Origin: Mytilus trossulus
Taxonomy: Eukaryota
DNA: 64,000 bases
Assembly (NCBI RefSeq): GCF_036588685.1
Contig: NW_026963354.1
Location: 124,001-188,000, forward strand
Direction of reading: 5' to 3'
Positions within the stretch are counted from its first letter, which is position 1. Each line of letters begins with the position of its first letter. Positions 38,559 through 52,453 of the stretch are shown one piece after another. Under the pieces are notes generated by a model. The model was not told where the DNA came from. It ran no database searches and saw nothing but the letters and a program-made list of their open reading frames with translations. Position numbers and translations under genes: made by a program.

Positions 38559-41500
38559 CTATTCGAGTAGACTGAAGTAACCGTTACTTAGTTTACCCGT
38601 TGATTTTTCAGTTATCATCGCGACAATTTCCGTTCCACTCACATTTAGTTTGAGCGTCATGTCTTTTCGTTTAGAAATATCGGTCAATTCAAAATAAAGC
38701 ACTCCTATACAACTACAGCCGTCATCGGTAACATACTGCGGATTCTTGCTTTTGGTTGCATAGAACTCAAAATGAACTGCTGTGTACTCTCTGGCAGCTG
38801 GAACATAATCATGTTCTGGTAAAAATTCTCCAATACTAACAACTTGACCAATTTCAACATGTTTATCAAAAACATTGTCGACAAGACCATTTACTAATTC
38901 TTTTTTCTTGGATTCGAGGTCGACGCCTGGGATAAAAGGTCGTTGCATAGCTATACCGTAGGTGTATTGGGAAACTCGACTTGTGATCATTTCTGGATTG
39001 AATCCAAATAAAACAGCACCTTTCATCACTGCAATATCTGGATTTTTCGGAATAACAATACCGTACTGGTTTCCAAAATGTTTGTAGATGGCATTTGTAA
39101 GAACTGTAGACTTGGAATGGCCGCCAACAATTAAAATTGTCTCAACTCCTTCCAGCTGTTTTTTCTTTAGCAGGTCTTCCATTTCTTCAATGATATGTGT
39201 AAGAGAATAATCAAAGAATTTTCTGAAAAGTTCATTTTTTATCCTCAATTTGTCCTTTTTTAGTGTTATCTGCCCTTTAAACGTGGATTGTTTGACAGTG
39301 TCTTCTAACTCGCAATCTGTAATTGTTTTAAAATGTCGCAACCATGAATATGGCACTCGTATGGTTTGCTTGTCATTTGGTGAGTTCGAGTGATCATCTG
39401 TGAAAGAAGTCTTTGTATGCTCAAAATTATAAAGTAATTGGTAATAATCGGAAGGATTGTTCATTTTGACTTCATTAATGACGTCTCCACCAAGAAGTCT
39501 TACCAAAAAGTTGTAAAACTCTCCATTGACTGTGATTCCACCCCAATGTCCCCCGCACGCTTGGTGAATTTCTTTCAATGTATTCTTTCCAGTAACCTCG
39601 TGTACGGCTATATCTGTTGTTCCTCCTGTCGGAAAATACAAAATGATATGCATAAGTAAATAATGGGAGTAGATACCGAAGGCTGCTGTATTAAAACAAC
39701 TACGTATAACACATATGTAACAAAGACTTATAATGTCTGTATAAATTTTGGGGAGGGGGTGGTGATTATCTAATATAACTAATAAAGGTACTTTGTATAA
39801 TATTCCACCATAATCCCTGAATTGAAAGTTGAATGCAAGTCTACGAATTGAAATATTTTGTATTCTAGGATGCAATAAATGTCTGATAGTTAGTCAGTAG
39901 AATACAAATTTAGAGATCGTAGTTAGAAAATCAAACAATTTATCTCTAGACCAATACTTTTTTTTATTTAAAATGTACTGAAAGACATATTTTTAGTTTT
40001 TGTAAGATCTTGGAATAGTGGTGAGCTTGAGTAAAACAAAACGTTGCAAGAATTAGTGTGTATATATTTATATGACACTGTGTCACGTTAACTCTGAACT
40101 TACCGCCTTGATCTAGAACAACATATTTTGACCCAACCTCCATTGCTGCAATAGTTTTCCCGCCATCATCATCCTCTTTAACACCGACCGGTACTTTACG
40201 ACAGTACATTGATGCAGCTTCTGGTTCCAATGCCAAGGTCAAATTATCACGTGATATACCAGCCTACAAGACAATAATTGGAAGATATATTCATTTGAAA
40301 CATGCATACATGTAGAGGCACGCCTTCCCCACACACTCTACTGACAAACTTGTACGGGTCTAGGACATAAGTGTTATATGTAATTTTTGGAGGCTATGTC
40401 TACTTCAACCTCTGGTATAATTGCTCACGTAAAGAATCTCCTAGTTAGGCCAACAGGCCAATATCGAATTTTAAGTTTGTGATACATGTTTATATTATTT
40501 TCAGATTCAAGGAGGTTGAAGCATTAAAGAAAAGTACGTTAACGGCACAACGGTTTATTAATAACACCAATTATTATAGATGAAAAAAAGTACATAAATA
40601 CTATACAGCATCTGGTTAAACTCCCCTTCTTTCAAAAAAATTATAATTTCGAACACAATCTTCAGCTGACAACTCTTGTAAATTTGTCAATTGAAAATAA
40701 CTGTTTCCTTGATAAACTTTAAGAAGCCCAAGTGACACCCCTTCATAAAAAGAGTGACCCATTATTAAAAACAAATTATAGACCAGTCTTGCCCATATTT
40801 TCTAAAATCTTTGAAAAAATATATGAAATTCAATTAACTGAATACTTTGATAAACTATTCAATCCATTTTTATGTGCATTTAGACGTGGACATGGATGTC
40901 AGACCCACTTCTCAGAGTGTTAGAAGTTTGGCGTGAAGCTCTTGATAAAAAAAAACCAGTACATTGCAGCGGTATTAATGGATCTTTCTAAGGCTTTTGA
41001 CTGCCTGCCTCACAATATCATGCTAGATAAATCATCAGCATATGATTTAACCCCAAATGCAGTTGCTCTTTCAAAGTCCTATTTATCTAACCGAAAACAG
41101 CAAATTGAAGTCAACAAAGTTCTGGGTGGTTGGGCTGACATCCATAAAGGCGTACCGCAGGGTTCTATACTAGGGCCAATGTTGTTTAACATATTTATAA
41201 ATGATATTTTCTTTTTGTTAAAAACGGTAGTTTATATAAATATGTAGATGACAATATTTTATCTTTCTGTACTCCAGATTTCAAATTATTAACTTCAACT
41301 TTGAATCTGATTCAAAAATACTTATTGGGTGGTTCCGGGTGAAAAAAATACAAGCAAATAGTTATCAAAAGTACCAGGATTATAATCCTGACAAATTTCA
41401 AGTTTGGCTGTTGGCAAAAAGACTTTTGAAAACCATCTATACATATTCAAAATTCGAACCTTACATGTGAAAAAACAGTAAAAATATTAGGCATTGAAAT

Positions 41501-44500
41501 TTATATCAGCTCAATCTGTAGGAAGGCATCACAGCAATTAAATGTTTTAAAACGTTTAGGCTAATTTTTGGATAGACTTAGTAAACTTTCTATTTTTCAT
41601 ACTTAGTTCTTATTCTTAGTAATTTTAATTTTTGCCCTTTGGCATGGCATTTTTGCACTCAGAAAAAATCCAAAAAAATAGAAAAGGTGCAGGAAAGAGC
41701 ACTCCGTTTTGTATATGAGGACCTCTTACTTAAAGCTAAGGTGCCATCATTGCAGATCAGACGGATAAGAACAATGGCTCTAGAAACTTTAAAAATTATA
41801 AACAATATAGCTCCTACGTGCCTACACAATTTGGTGAGTGTCAAAAATCTAAATATTCTTTCAGGTATGTAAATATTCTGGAAATTCCACAGGTAAAGTC
41901 AACCCTTTATGGTAAAAAAATCGTTCACATTTGCAGCTGCCACTTTAAGGAACAGCCTTTTCAAACCATTTCAGGACTGAAAATAGTTTTTCACATTTTA
42001 AAAGTCTTGTTCAGTCCTCGAACGGTTTTGAATTTCGCTGTTTGCTTGCAGATAATTTTTAAGCTGCTTATATTTTATGTTGCTTTGGATTGCTCAGGTC
42101 TAGCATGTTTTATTTTAATCTAAAATTGTTGCTTGTTTTTATTGAATGCTATGTATGTGAGGTTCAACTTTGTATTACAGGTTGTTTTAAATGTCAAATT
42201 GGATTGTTTTTATGTTATTGATATGTTTTCATATTCGGTCAAAAGCTCCTTAGAGCTTGTGTTGTATATTTGGACTTTAATGCCGAATCAAAATAATTTT
42301 TCTTATCTTATCTTATCTCGATCAACATGTAGCTGTATAGACATAGGAAGATGTGGTGTGAGTGCCAATGAGACAACTCTCCATCCAGTATATTGGTTTT
42401 TTTTCTAAGACCATGTCAACCTATACCATACGCATTTGACCAGGGAATAAACTACCTGTTTTGCTGCATCACGCATAAACTGTTTGGCTTTAAGATCCCA
42501 GATGGCGGGAACTGTAATCACCCAATGGAAGTCGTCGTTTGTGAATACGGTTCCTTGTTGGTTTTTAGACTGCACGAGATCTTCTATGAAATATTTTATG
42601 ACCTCAGCAAAAACATAAACTGCTTTCATTTTCTTCTTCATTTCTATGTTTTTGACATCCAGTGATTCTTCTAGCATTGTTTCCTTCGTCAACATGTCCT
42701 GTAATAGTAAATCGTGAATGTGTTTTACTTTTCTGTGTCTCTATGGATTGCTGTCTCCATTAGTGACGTAGATTTTCTGTGTCTCTTTGGATATACTATT
42801 ATTTGAAAACGCTTGTCTGAATTTCTTCTCAACCCATCTTTTTTGTTTGTTTGATTACATTTATTAATATCACTGATTCTTTTATTAATACAATTACAAT
42901 GTATATAAAATAGGTGAAGATCTTGCAGTGAGCACATGAATGAAAATGTGATAGATCACTGCTTACAAAAATTAGAATAAATGCACATTCACTTGCAATT
43001 GAAACTGGGAGGTATAGCAAACCAAAAATGTTAGCAGGTGAAAGATACTGCAAACTTTGTAAAGATAAAGTGGAAGATGAAGTTCATTTTCTTTTATATT
43101 GTCCTCTATATTAAGACCTTCGAGAAAAGTTTGATATTTTCAATAACCTTAATAATGATGATGATATTAAATCAACGATTTATTTACTTAAGCCAGTAAA
43201 TCTGGTTGACACCAGACAAATATGTAATTATTTAAGTCAAGCTTTTGAAGTTCGTAATAACAATCTAATGTCAGATGGTCTACCATAAGTATAATACTGT
43301 GTAATACTGTGATATTATATATATAATTAGTACTTGAAATGTTTTCTTTATATTGTATTTGCATAAATTGTCATGTTTAATGTGTTTGTATCTTGGAATA
43401 CGCACTGTATCATATATGCTTTATCCAATAAAATATTTGAATTTGAAAAACAGTTGAAAAAAACTATACAGATAAAAATACCTTTTCTTTGAATAACATC
43501 ATTTTGAAATGTTCAAAGTAGTACCATTTCCTGAAATCGAAATTGTTTGGGTTTGTCCGAAATTTATTCATTGCATCATACCCAAAACAATCAAACTCTT
43601 GATCTGGATTAAACAGAACACATGTCGGAGCTTTATCTGTTATGTGGGATCCTTCATTCCATTCTCGAACCTTCATTTTTGGGTTGTTTGGATTTTTCTT
43701 GTATTCATCCCGAGTACAAACGGCATATCCAGAATAGGTTGTCCCAAAGTCTATAGAAGCGACAAACAGCTTGTTATGTTTTATATCCTACAATAGAGAA
43801 AATGATAAACATCCAATTCGGAGCTGCTTGAGTCGACATAGAAAAGTGATGGAAGAGTTTTATGATTAATTAACGGAACGCTACATGTAATTGGCTAATG
43901 TTTTAGGTGCTTTTTGTCGAGCCTTCGACTTTAGTCGAAAAAGCGAGACTAAGCGATCCTACTTTCCGTCGGCGTCGGCGTCGTCGTCGGCGGCGTCCAC
44001 AAATATTCACTCTGTGGTTAAAGTTTTTGAAATTTTAATAACTTTCTTAAACTATACTGGATTTCTACCAAACTTGGTCAGAAGCTTGTTTATGATCATA
44101 AGATAGTATCCAGAAGTAAATTTTGTAAAAATAAAATTCTATTTTTTCTGTATTTTACTTATAAATGGACTTAGTTTTTTTCTGCGGGGAAACATTACAT
44201 TCACTCTGAGGTTAAAGTTTTTAGAATTTTAATAACTTTCTTAAACTATCCTTGGTTTGTTCCAAACTTGGACAGAAACTTGTTTATGATCATAAGATGG
44301 TATCCAGAAGTAAATTTTGTAAACAAATAAATCCATTTTTTCTGTATTTTACTTTTAAATGGACTTAGTTTTTCTGCGGGAAACATAACATTCACTCTGT
44401 GGAAAAAGTTTTTAAAATTTTAATAACTTTCTTAAACTATCCTGGGTTTGTACTAAACTTGGACAAAAGCTTATTTATGATCATTAGATAGTATCCAGAA

Positions 44501-47500
44501 GTAAATTTTGTAAAAAGACAACTCCATTTTTTCTGTATTTTACTTTTAAATGGACTTAGATTTTCTTCCAGTGAACATTACATACAGTCTGCAGTTAAAG
44601 TTTTCAAAACATTTATTAGATTCATTAATTATTCTAGATTTTTACCAAACTTGGACAGAAGCTTCTTACAATCATAAGATAGTATCAAGAGGAATATTTT
44701 TATTGATTTTTTTCCTCATTTTTGTTTCGCCTGTGATTTACAGCAAAAGTAGGCGAGACACTGGGTTCCGCGGAACCCTTACAAATTTTTTTTGGAAGTA
44801 TATGTTCCTACACATTCTTTGCGTTCCTGATGAAAGTAATGTCAGAATAGGGCTTCGGACGCATTTAAACTAAATATTTTAAAAGTATATTTTTTCATTC
44901 ATTATTTCAATATGTGTTAACTCGGTAATGAAAATTAAGTAAAAAGTCTGATTTATATATCCTTGCAACTATTAATTCTGATATAATTATATATGCATAC
45001 ATTTTTTTCCATTTGATATCTTTAATTACAATTATTTTATCTGATATCGATGCATAACACTGTTTTATATAATGTCAATACTTACATCTGTGTCATATGA
45101 GATCTATACATGATATCTATACTACCGATACATACACCTGTCCTAAGTCAGAAACCTACCGTTCATTGGTTGTCATTTGTCGATGTGGTTCATATGTGTT
45201 TATCGTTTTTTTTTATATAGATTAGACTGTTGGTTTTTCCTGTTGGAATGATTTTTCACTAGTCATTTTTGGGGTTTTTATAGCTTGCTGTTCGGTATGA
45301 GCAAAGGTTGATCTATAATGGTTTATTTTTTCAAGTTGTGACTTGGATGGAGAGTTGTCTAATTGGCACTAATACCACATCTTCTTATACCTATATACTA
45401 GTATGACTCTTCATCAGAAATTTACACTTAGAACTGTTTCATCATTTAACAACAATTTCAATTATACGAATAACGACCATGTCATCTAATATCTATTCAT
45501 ATACTTACATCTGTGTCATCTGATATCTATACTTACAACTGTGTCATCTGATATCTATACTTACATCTGTGTCATCTGATATCTATACTTACAACTGTGT
45601 CATCTGATATCTATACTTACATCTGTGTCATCTGATATCTTAACTCAAATCTGTGTCATCTGATATCTTTACTACCATCTTTGTCATCTAATATCTTTCC
45701 TACCATCTTTGTCATCTAATATCTTTACTAACATCTTTGTCATTTAATATCTTTACTTACATCTGTGTCATCTGATATCTATATTAACAACTGTGTCATC
45801 TGTTATCTTTACTTACATCTTTGTCATCTGATATCTATACTTACATCTGTGTCATCTGTTATCTATACTTACAACTGTGTCATCTGATATATATACTTAC
45901 ATCTGTGTCATCTGTTATCTATACCTACATCTTTGTCATCTGATATATATACTTACATCTGTGTCATCTGTTATCTATACCTACATCTTTGTCATCTGAT
46001 ATCTATACTTACATCTGTGTCATCTGTTATCTATACTAACATCTGTGTCATCTGATATATATACTTACATCTGTGTCATCTGTTATCTTTACTAACATCT
46101 GTGTCATCTGATATCTATACTTACATCTGTGTCATCTGTTATCTATACTTACAACTGTGTCATCTGATATCTAAACTTACATCTGTGTCATCTAATATCT
46201 ATACTTACATCTGTGTCATCTGATATATATACTTACATCTGTGTCATCTGTTATCTATACCTACATCTTTGTCATCTGATATCTATACTTACATCTGTGT
46301 CATCTGTTATCTATACTAACATCTGTGTCATCTGATATATATACTTACATCTGTGTCATCTGTTATCTATACTTACATCTTTGTCATCTGATATCTTTAC
46401 TAACATCTGTGTCATCTGATATTTATACGACCATCTGTGTCATCTGATATCTAAACTTAAATCTGTGTCATCTGATATCTATACTTACAACTGTGTCATC
46501 TGATATCTATACTGACATTTGTGTCATCTCATATCTATACTGACATTTGTGTCATCTGATATCTATACTTACATCTGTGTCATCTGATATCTAAACTTAC
46601 ATCTGTGTCATCTGATATCTATACTAACACCTGTGTCATCTGATATCTATACTTACATCTGTGTCATCTGATATCTATACTTACATCTGTGTCATCTGAT
46701 ATCTATACTAACATCTGTGTCATCTGATATCTATACTAACACCTGTGCCATCTGATATCTATACTAACACCTGTGTCATCTGATATCTATACTGACACCT
46801 GTGTCATCTGATATCTTTACTTACAAATGTGTCATCTGATATTTATACGACCATCTGTGTCATCTGATATCTAAACTTAAATCTGTGTCATCTGATATCT
46901 ATACTTACAACTGTGTCATCTGATATCTATACTTCAATCTGTGTTATCTGATATCTATACTAACACCTGTGTCATCTGATATCTATACTCACATCTGTGT
47001 CATCTGATATCTATACTTACATGTGTGTCATCTCATATCTATACTGACATTTGGGTCATCTGATATATATACTTACATCTGTGTCATCTGATATCTATAC
47101 TTACATCTTTGTCATCTGATATCTATACTAACATCTGTGTCATCTGATATCTATACTAACACCTGTGTCATCTGATATCTATACTTACATCTGTGTCATC
47201 TGATATCTATACTAACAACTGTGTCATCTAATATCTATACTGACACCTGTGTCATCTGATATCTATACTAACATCTGTGTCATCTGATATCTATACTAAC
47301 ACCTGTGTCATCTGATATCTATACTTACATCTGTGTCATCTGATATCTATACTAACATCTGTGTCATCTGATATCTATACTTACATCTGTGTCATCTGAT
47401 ATCGATACTGACACCTGTGTCATCTGATATCTATACTGACACCTGTGTCATCTGATATCTTTTCTTACAAATGTGTCATCTGATATCTATACTTACAACT

Positions 47501-48155
47501 GTGTCATCTGATATCTATATTTACATCTGTGTCATCTGATATATTTTCTTAAATCTGTGTCATCTGATATCTATACTGACAATTGAGTCCTCTGATATCT
47601 ATACTTACATCTGTGTCATCTGATATCTATACTTACAACTGTGTCATCTAATATCTATACTTACATCTGTGTCATCTGATATCTTAACTCAAATCTGTGT
47701 CATCTGATATCTTTACTACCATCTTTGTCATCTAATATCCTTACTACCATCTTTGTCATCTAATATCTATACTAACATCTGTGTCGTCAAATATCTATAC
47801 TCACATCTGTGTCATCTGATATCTATACCTACATCTTTGTCATCTGATATCTATATTGACACCTGTGTCATCTGATATCTATACTTACATCTGTGTCATC
47901 TGATATCTATACTTACATCTGTGTCATCTGATATCTATACTTACATCTGTGTCATATGATATATATACTGACACCTGTGTCATCTGATATCTATACTGAC
48001 ACCTGTGTCATCTGATATCTATACTTACATCTGTGTCATCTGATATCTATACTTACATCTGTGTCATCTGATATCTATACTTACATCTGTGTCATATGAT
48101 ATCTATACTTACATCTGTGTCATCTGATATCTATACTTACATCAGTGTCAGCCAT
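38559..48155 (-). CDS. HSPA12: Heat shock 70 kDa protein 12-like (~596 aa); coding exons 48155-48141, 43787-43482, 42698-42456, 40263-40104, 39625-38559
   Basis: IDFGTTYSGYA, KAPTCVLF, WVITVPAIW..AKQFMRDAA, LALEPEAASMYC, LDQGGGTTDI, GGHWGG and AVMKGAVLFG..R.S.YTYG are HSPA12 hallmarks. All introns are GT-AG and in phase. Start exon MADTD has an in-frame TGA upstream. Confidence 0.88.
40640..42317 (+). mobile_element. Frameshifted LINE (CR1/L2-group) reverse transcriptase, antisense in an HSPA12 intron
   Basis: VTPLHKK..NYRPV.LPIFSKIFEK, MDLSKAFD, GVPQGSILGPMLFNIFIND, YVDD; (TCTTA)n 3' tail. Confidence 0.9.
42870..43446 (+). mobile_element. 5'-truncated LINE 3' end
   Basis: AHSLAIETGRY...RYCKLC...EDEVHFLLYCPLY; AATAAA followed by (TTTGAA)2 tail. 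Confidence 0.75.
43911..44790 (+). mobile_element. Helentron-associated (HINE/DINE-1-like) non-autonomous element
   Basis: T-rich flanks, 5' hairpin TCGACTTTAGTCGA, (GTC/GGC)n microsatellite, ~190-bp internal repeats (44004, 44199, 44390, 44581) and 3' palindrome GGGTTCCGCGGAACCC. Confidence 0.8.
44820..44863 (+). ncRNA. Degenerate type I hammerhead ribozyme relic
   Basis: Stem I UGCGUUC/GGACGCA encloses CUGAUGA...GAAUA..GGGC-UUC; stem II and the GAAA box are damaged. Confidence 0.5.
45478..48140. repeat. 28-bp satellite (ATCTGTGTCATCTGATATCTATACTTAC), ~95 copies, matching the HSPA12 start-exon donor junction
   Basis: The array runs directly into the exon at 48141; the unit matches TGACACTGAT|GTAAGTAT on the minus strand. 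Confidence 0.92.
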
Positions 48156-48539
48156 CCTCGGCTGTCAGTCACCTAAAATAAACCAATGAATTGAATTCTA
48201 AAACAATGAAATATAAAATATATTTAATTTCTTCCAGCTATATAATAAAGCAATTAGATATTCCTATCATTACGTGATAGATGTAGATTTTCCATGCATT
48301 TACTTCTATATATTCTCAATTTACATGTAAATCCTTGATTATATACAACGAACAAACGAACAATTTATTTGAGAATCAAAAAGCTTAAATGAGAAGAATA
48401 AGTACAACCCTAATTATCAAACGTGCCACAAACTAATGTCCTTTCTTTTTGGTTCATTTGGGTAACTGTCTAATCGATGTTATTGTATAACCATTCTTGG
48501 CAGTCATACGAATCAAATACCGTTACTTAATGTAATATC

Positions 48540-49150
48540 ACATTTGTAGTTGATCTGTGTTTTGTGGTAATAAGTATTGTGTATAGGTTTCATAACTTTT
48601 GGTTAATGCAAACTTAAGTTAAAGAATGAATACAGAAAAAATAGCATTTTGGCCATTTATAAAGGGACATAACTCTATAACAATAAAAGTTACGCCACCA
48701 AAATTCACACCTGTATGTTGTGGTAATAAGCATTGTGTATAAGTTTCATACTATTTGGTTGAAGAAAACATAAGGTTGAGAACGTAAACGAAAAAAACCC
48801 AAGCAATTTATCCATTTGTAAAGAGCATAACAATGTAAACATTTAATTGACACCACATGATCTATATTATGTGGTAATAAGCATTGTGTATACGTTTCCC
48901 AACATTTGGTTGATTAGAGAACGAAAAATAAAAAAATCTGCATATTTTTTTTAATTTATAAACGTCATAATTCGAGAACGGTAAAAGATACGACACGAAA
49001 ATTTAAATTTGATCTAAGTTTGTTGGTAATAAGCATTGTGTTGAAGTTTCTTAACATTTAGTTCAGGCAAACTTTAGTTAGAGAACGGAAGCCAATTAAT
49101 TATTTTAGGACGTACAGACAAACAAAGTTGAAACGTAATACACCCTTCAC
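48540..49150 (-). mobile_element. HINE-like relic with four ~150-bp internal repeats
   Basis: TGTGGTAATAAGCATTGTGTATAAGTTTCATAACATTTGGTT recurs at ~48563, 48719, 48870, 49023. Confidence 0.55.
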
Positions 49151-50070
49151 TACGACAGATCTAGAAATTTTCATTAGAGGGAGACTGGCTGCCTAAGAGA
49201 GGTCCCACTCCAGTCATGCTTTAGTGATTCCTTATACAATTAAACATTTTTTTCTCACAAAGGGGGATGCCCGGGCCCCCTGGGTCCCCTCTAAATTCGC
49301 ATCTGGGTGCATAGAGAACTATTACAAAGAGGGATAACTCCATTTGTTAACCTTAACTTGTTTCACACATTAAAGATTGTTTACTTTGAATCAGAGTAAA
49401 GACCTTATAAAAAATTAAAGTTCTATTTCTCATGGTCTAGATGAAAAAATGATTGTTCCTCGGGTAGGGAAACCTTTGACATATATTTTCTGAGATCTAT
49501 TACATTTTGTGATTTTAATATCAAGATAAGTTTTCGAGACTGTATAGGCACGGTAAGGGTTTCGTTAATGTCTCCCATTTTCTAAATTAAGTTAAATTTA
49601 TTCTGTTATTAATTGTTCATATTTAAGGGACTTTCATAATTAAAAGTAAATATGAAGGATGTGGTGAGGTTTCAAGGTTTCTTGTAAATACTCTATTTCT
49701 TGTTTCTAGAGATATCTTAAGAAAGTTCTTCTGGAGATATTTCTTCTGGTGCGAATTTAAATGTTGTTTTTGTTTTTGTTTTGTTGGCAATAATGTACTT
49801 AGTTGGTTATTAACAATGGGTATTCAGTTTGCTCCATTATAATTTTCGATTATAAGAACTGTTTTACAAATTCTACAGTATTTGTTTAAATATGAAACCT
49901 ACAATGTATCAGTTATTACCTTAACATTTTTGTTTAAAATAATTAACTTTGGTTTTAACTATTAATTTCTATACAACATTGTTCAAAACAAGGATTTGTA
50001 TAGTAAACCTTACTATACAAATCCTTGATCAAAATATCTAGCCATTGAAAATTTAATAGCATGCCACATA

Positions 50071-52453
50071 CAGCCCGTAACAGAGAAGTGATCGAATTCG
50101 CGTTTCTTTACCGTCAGAATAAGTTACGTTATCGACAAACTTATTTCAGAAGTGACACAATTTATTTTTCTTCATCGACTAAACATTTCATGTCCAATGT
50201 GTAAGTTTTCATTGTTTAGGTCGAAGTTTTTTTCTTTATATCGTCTATAATCTATACTTTCGTTTCCATGAAAAGGCAAATATAGCTTACGTTTACATAC
50301 AACAAAAACGAATTGCTCTGTACATGCTGAAGTTTATACATTGTTTCTTTGAAAGTTGTTACTAGTATAAAGAATTATTTGCATCACTTTATCCAGGTTC
50401 ATTTAATTTTAGAAATCACCACTTACTTACACTGCTTGCACTGTGAATATTTATGGGATTCAACACTGTAATAGTTTTTCTTTCGTCTGATACAGAATAC
50501 CCCATATCTTTTTCTATGTCATACCTATCTGTTTATTGTGTCCCTGGGATTATGTCAATCATACATTGTTGAGATACCGACATATAAAAAAGAAGATTTG
50601 GTATTATTGCCAAGGAGACAACTATCCACAAAAAGACCCAAAATGACACAAAAATTAACAACTATAGGTAACCGTACAATATGCTTGTACTTTGTCACAG
50701 AAAAAACTGAAATAAATTTCTTTCAAATCGAAGCAAAAAATACAAATGTACATTTGAAAATTGCTCTTTATCTTAAGTTATTGACGAATATTTGAAATTT
50801 AAACCTCTATAGGATGTGATGTACAGCATTTCATTTTATCATTGGTAATGATCCATATCTGACAGAGAAGAAATATTCATAATTCTCAGAAAGATTACGT
50901 AAATATTGTTAGATACCACTAATCGTTCCAACAATCAAGACAACAGAGACAAACAGGGAAACAAATATGAAAGTGAAAAGATATGACTTAAGTGTTAGCA
51001 TGTTCAGGGAGACGGCACCCATTTTCAAAAAAATAATTGATGTTTAAAGGAACTGTAGAGAACTCCACAGGTTTTCAACAAGGGTAGAATTCAAAACCTT
51101 GAAAATGAAAGCCTCAAAATCCATGATACTTTTTTCTGTGCGGTAGTTATATCTACAAAATCCAATCATGTACACGACATATAAAACATGTATATTCATA
51201 CATGTATATTTATATATTGGAAATTTATTTTTGTTTCCAAACAGAATTATAAGGTTATGTATAAGTGCCTCCGTTCACTATAAATTGTAAATTGTCTTCA
51301 TAAAGACCAGCAAAAATAAATGGCACAAGTTCACATAGTCATAAAAAAAAGTTGTATAATTTACGTTATCAAACAAAAAATCAGAAATACGGAATATTAT
51401 AAGTGAATGGTTAGGAAATCCGTTTCCACTACACGTTTTAAAAGTCAAAGAAAAATGTTTTCCCTGATACAAACGTTTTAAGAACTGTGTGTAACCTATA
51501 GACAAATTCGACTGTACATAAGGAAGTTAATATGCTTAATCTGATTTGAAACTATCTTATAGAACTTTTTATAGTAACTGAGAACCTATGTTGTTTATGG
51601 GTAATAGGTGAAATGTTGCATGATCCATCAAAATGACAGCAAGCGCAGTTTTGCGGACGATTTTTAATTGTACACTGCTAAAAACTGTCAGGTCCTGGCC
51701 ATGGTATATTTTGGAGAAATTAGTATACCCCCGCTTTAAAAAAAAGGGGGGTATACTGTTTTACCTCTGTCTGTCCGTCCGTCAGTCAGTCCGCCCCATG
51801 CATATTTTTCTCAGTTTTTACTGATTTTTACTAAAATAATATTCTCTGTGTGTGCCATTGCAAGAAATAGTTTTGCTAGTTATTTTGTCATATTAAGAAA
51901 AATTCTCAACAAAATTTTCCCGTTTAAACTGTACTAGAAAAAAGTTTGGCCATTTGAAACGGACGAAGAAATATTCTAACAGAAGTACAAATACCAGTCC
52001 TCCCTTTTGTGTATACATATGAGAAAACATTTCAAAGTTATTGATTGAATTCAAATCCATCACACATAATAAAGGACTTCATTCCTATCAAACACCTTTT
52101 TAATTGTTTACCAGTATATTTCTTTTAATTTTGGGTAAAATTGTAAAGGAAATAATACTATCAAGACGTCCTTCCATAAACCTGTTTTTTTTCTGTTCTG
52201 ACTTTGAAGAATTGACTATTTTTCGTCCAATCGAAATGATGCATGGACATATTTTGTTTCATATTATTAGAATTATTTTCAATATTATCGGTATTAAACT
52301 TGATTATCGACATATGAAAGTTTGTTAGCATCGTCAATCTTTTTAACGTTAAAATACCAATAGTTCGATCACTACTCAATTAAGTTTGTCGATAACGTAG
52401 CTAATTTTGACGGTAAAGAAACACCAATTCGATCACTTCTCTGTTACGGGCTG
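50071..52453. mobile_element. 2.4-kb non-autonomous Tc1/mariner-type element
   Basis: TA|CAGCCCGTAACAGAGAAGTGATCGAATT... ~75-bp TIR, inverted at ~52380-52453|TA; nested repeat fragments; no transposase. Confidence 0.8.

Noticed and set aside
38559-39875. 438-aa ORF as a standalone gene
   Set aside because: The first ~83 codons are intronic read-through; the true exon starts at 39625.
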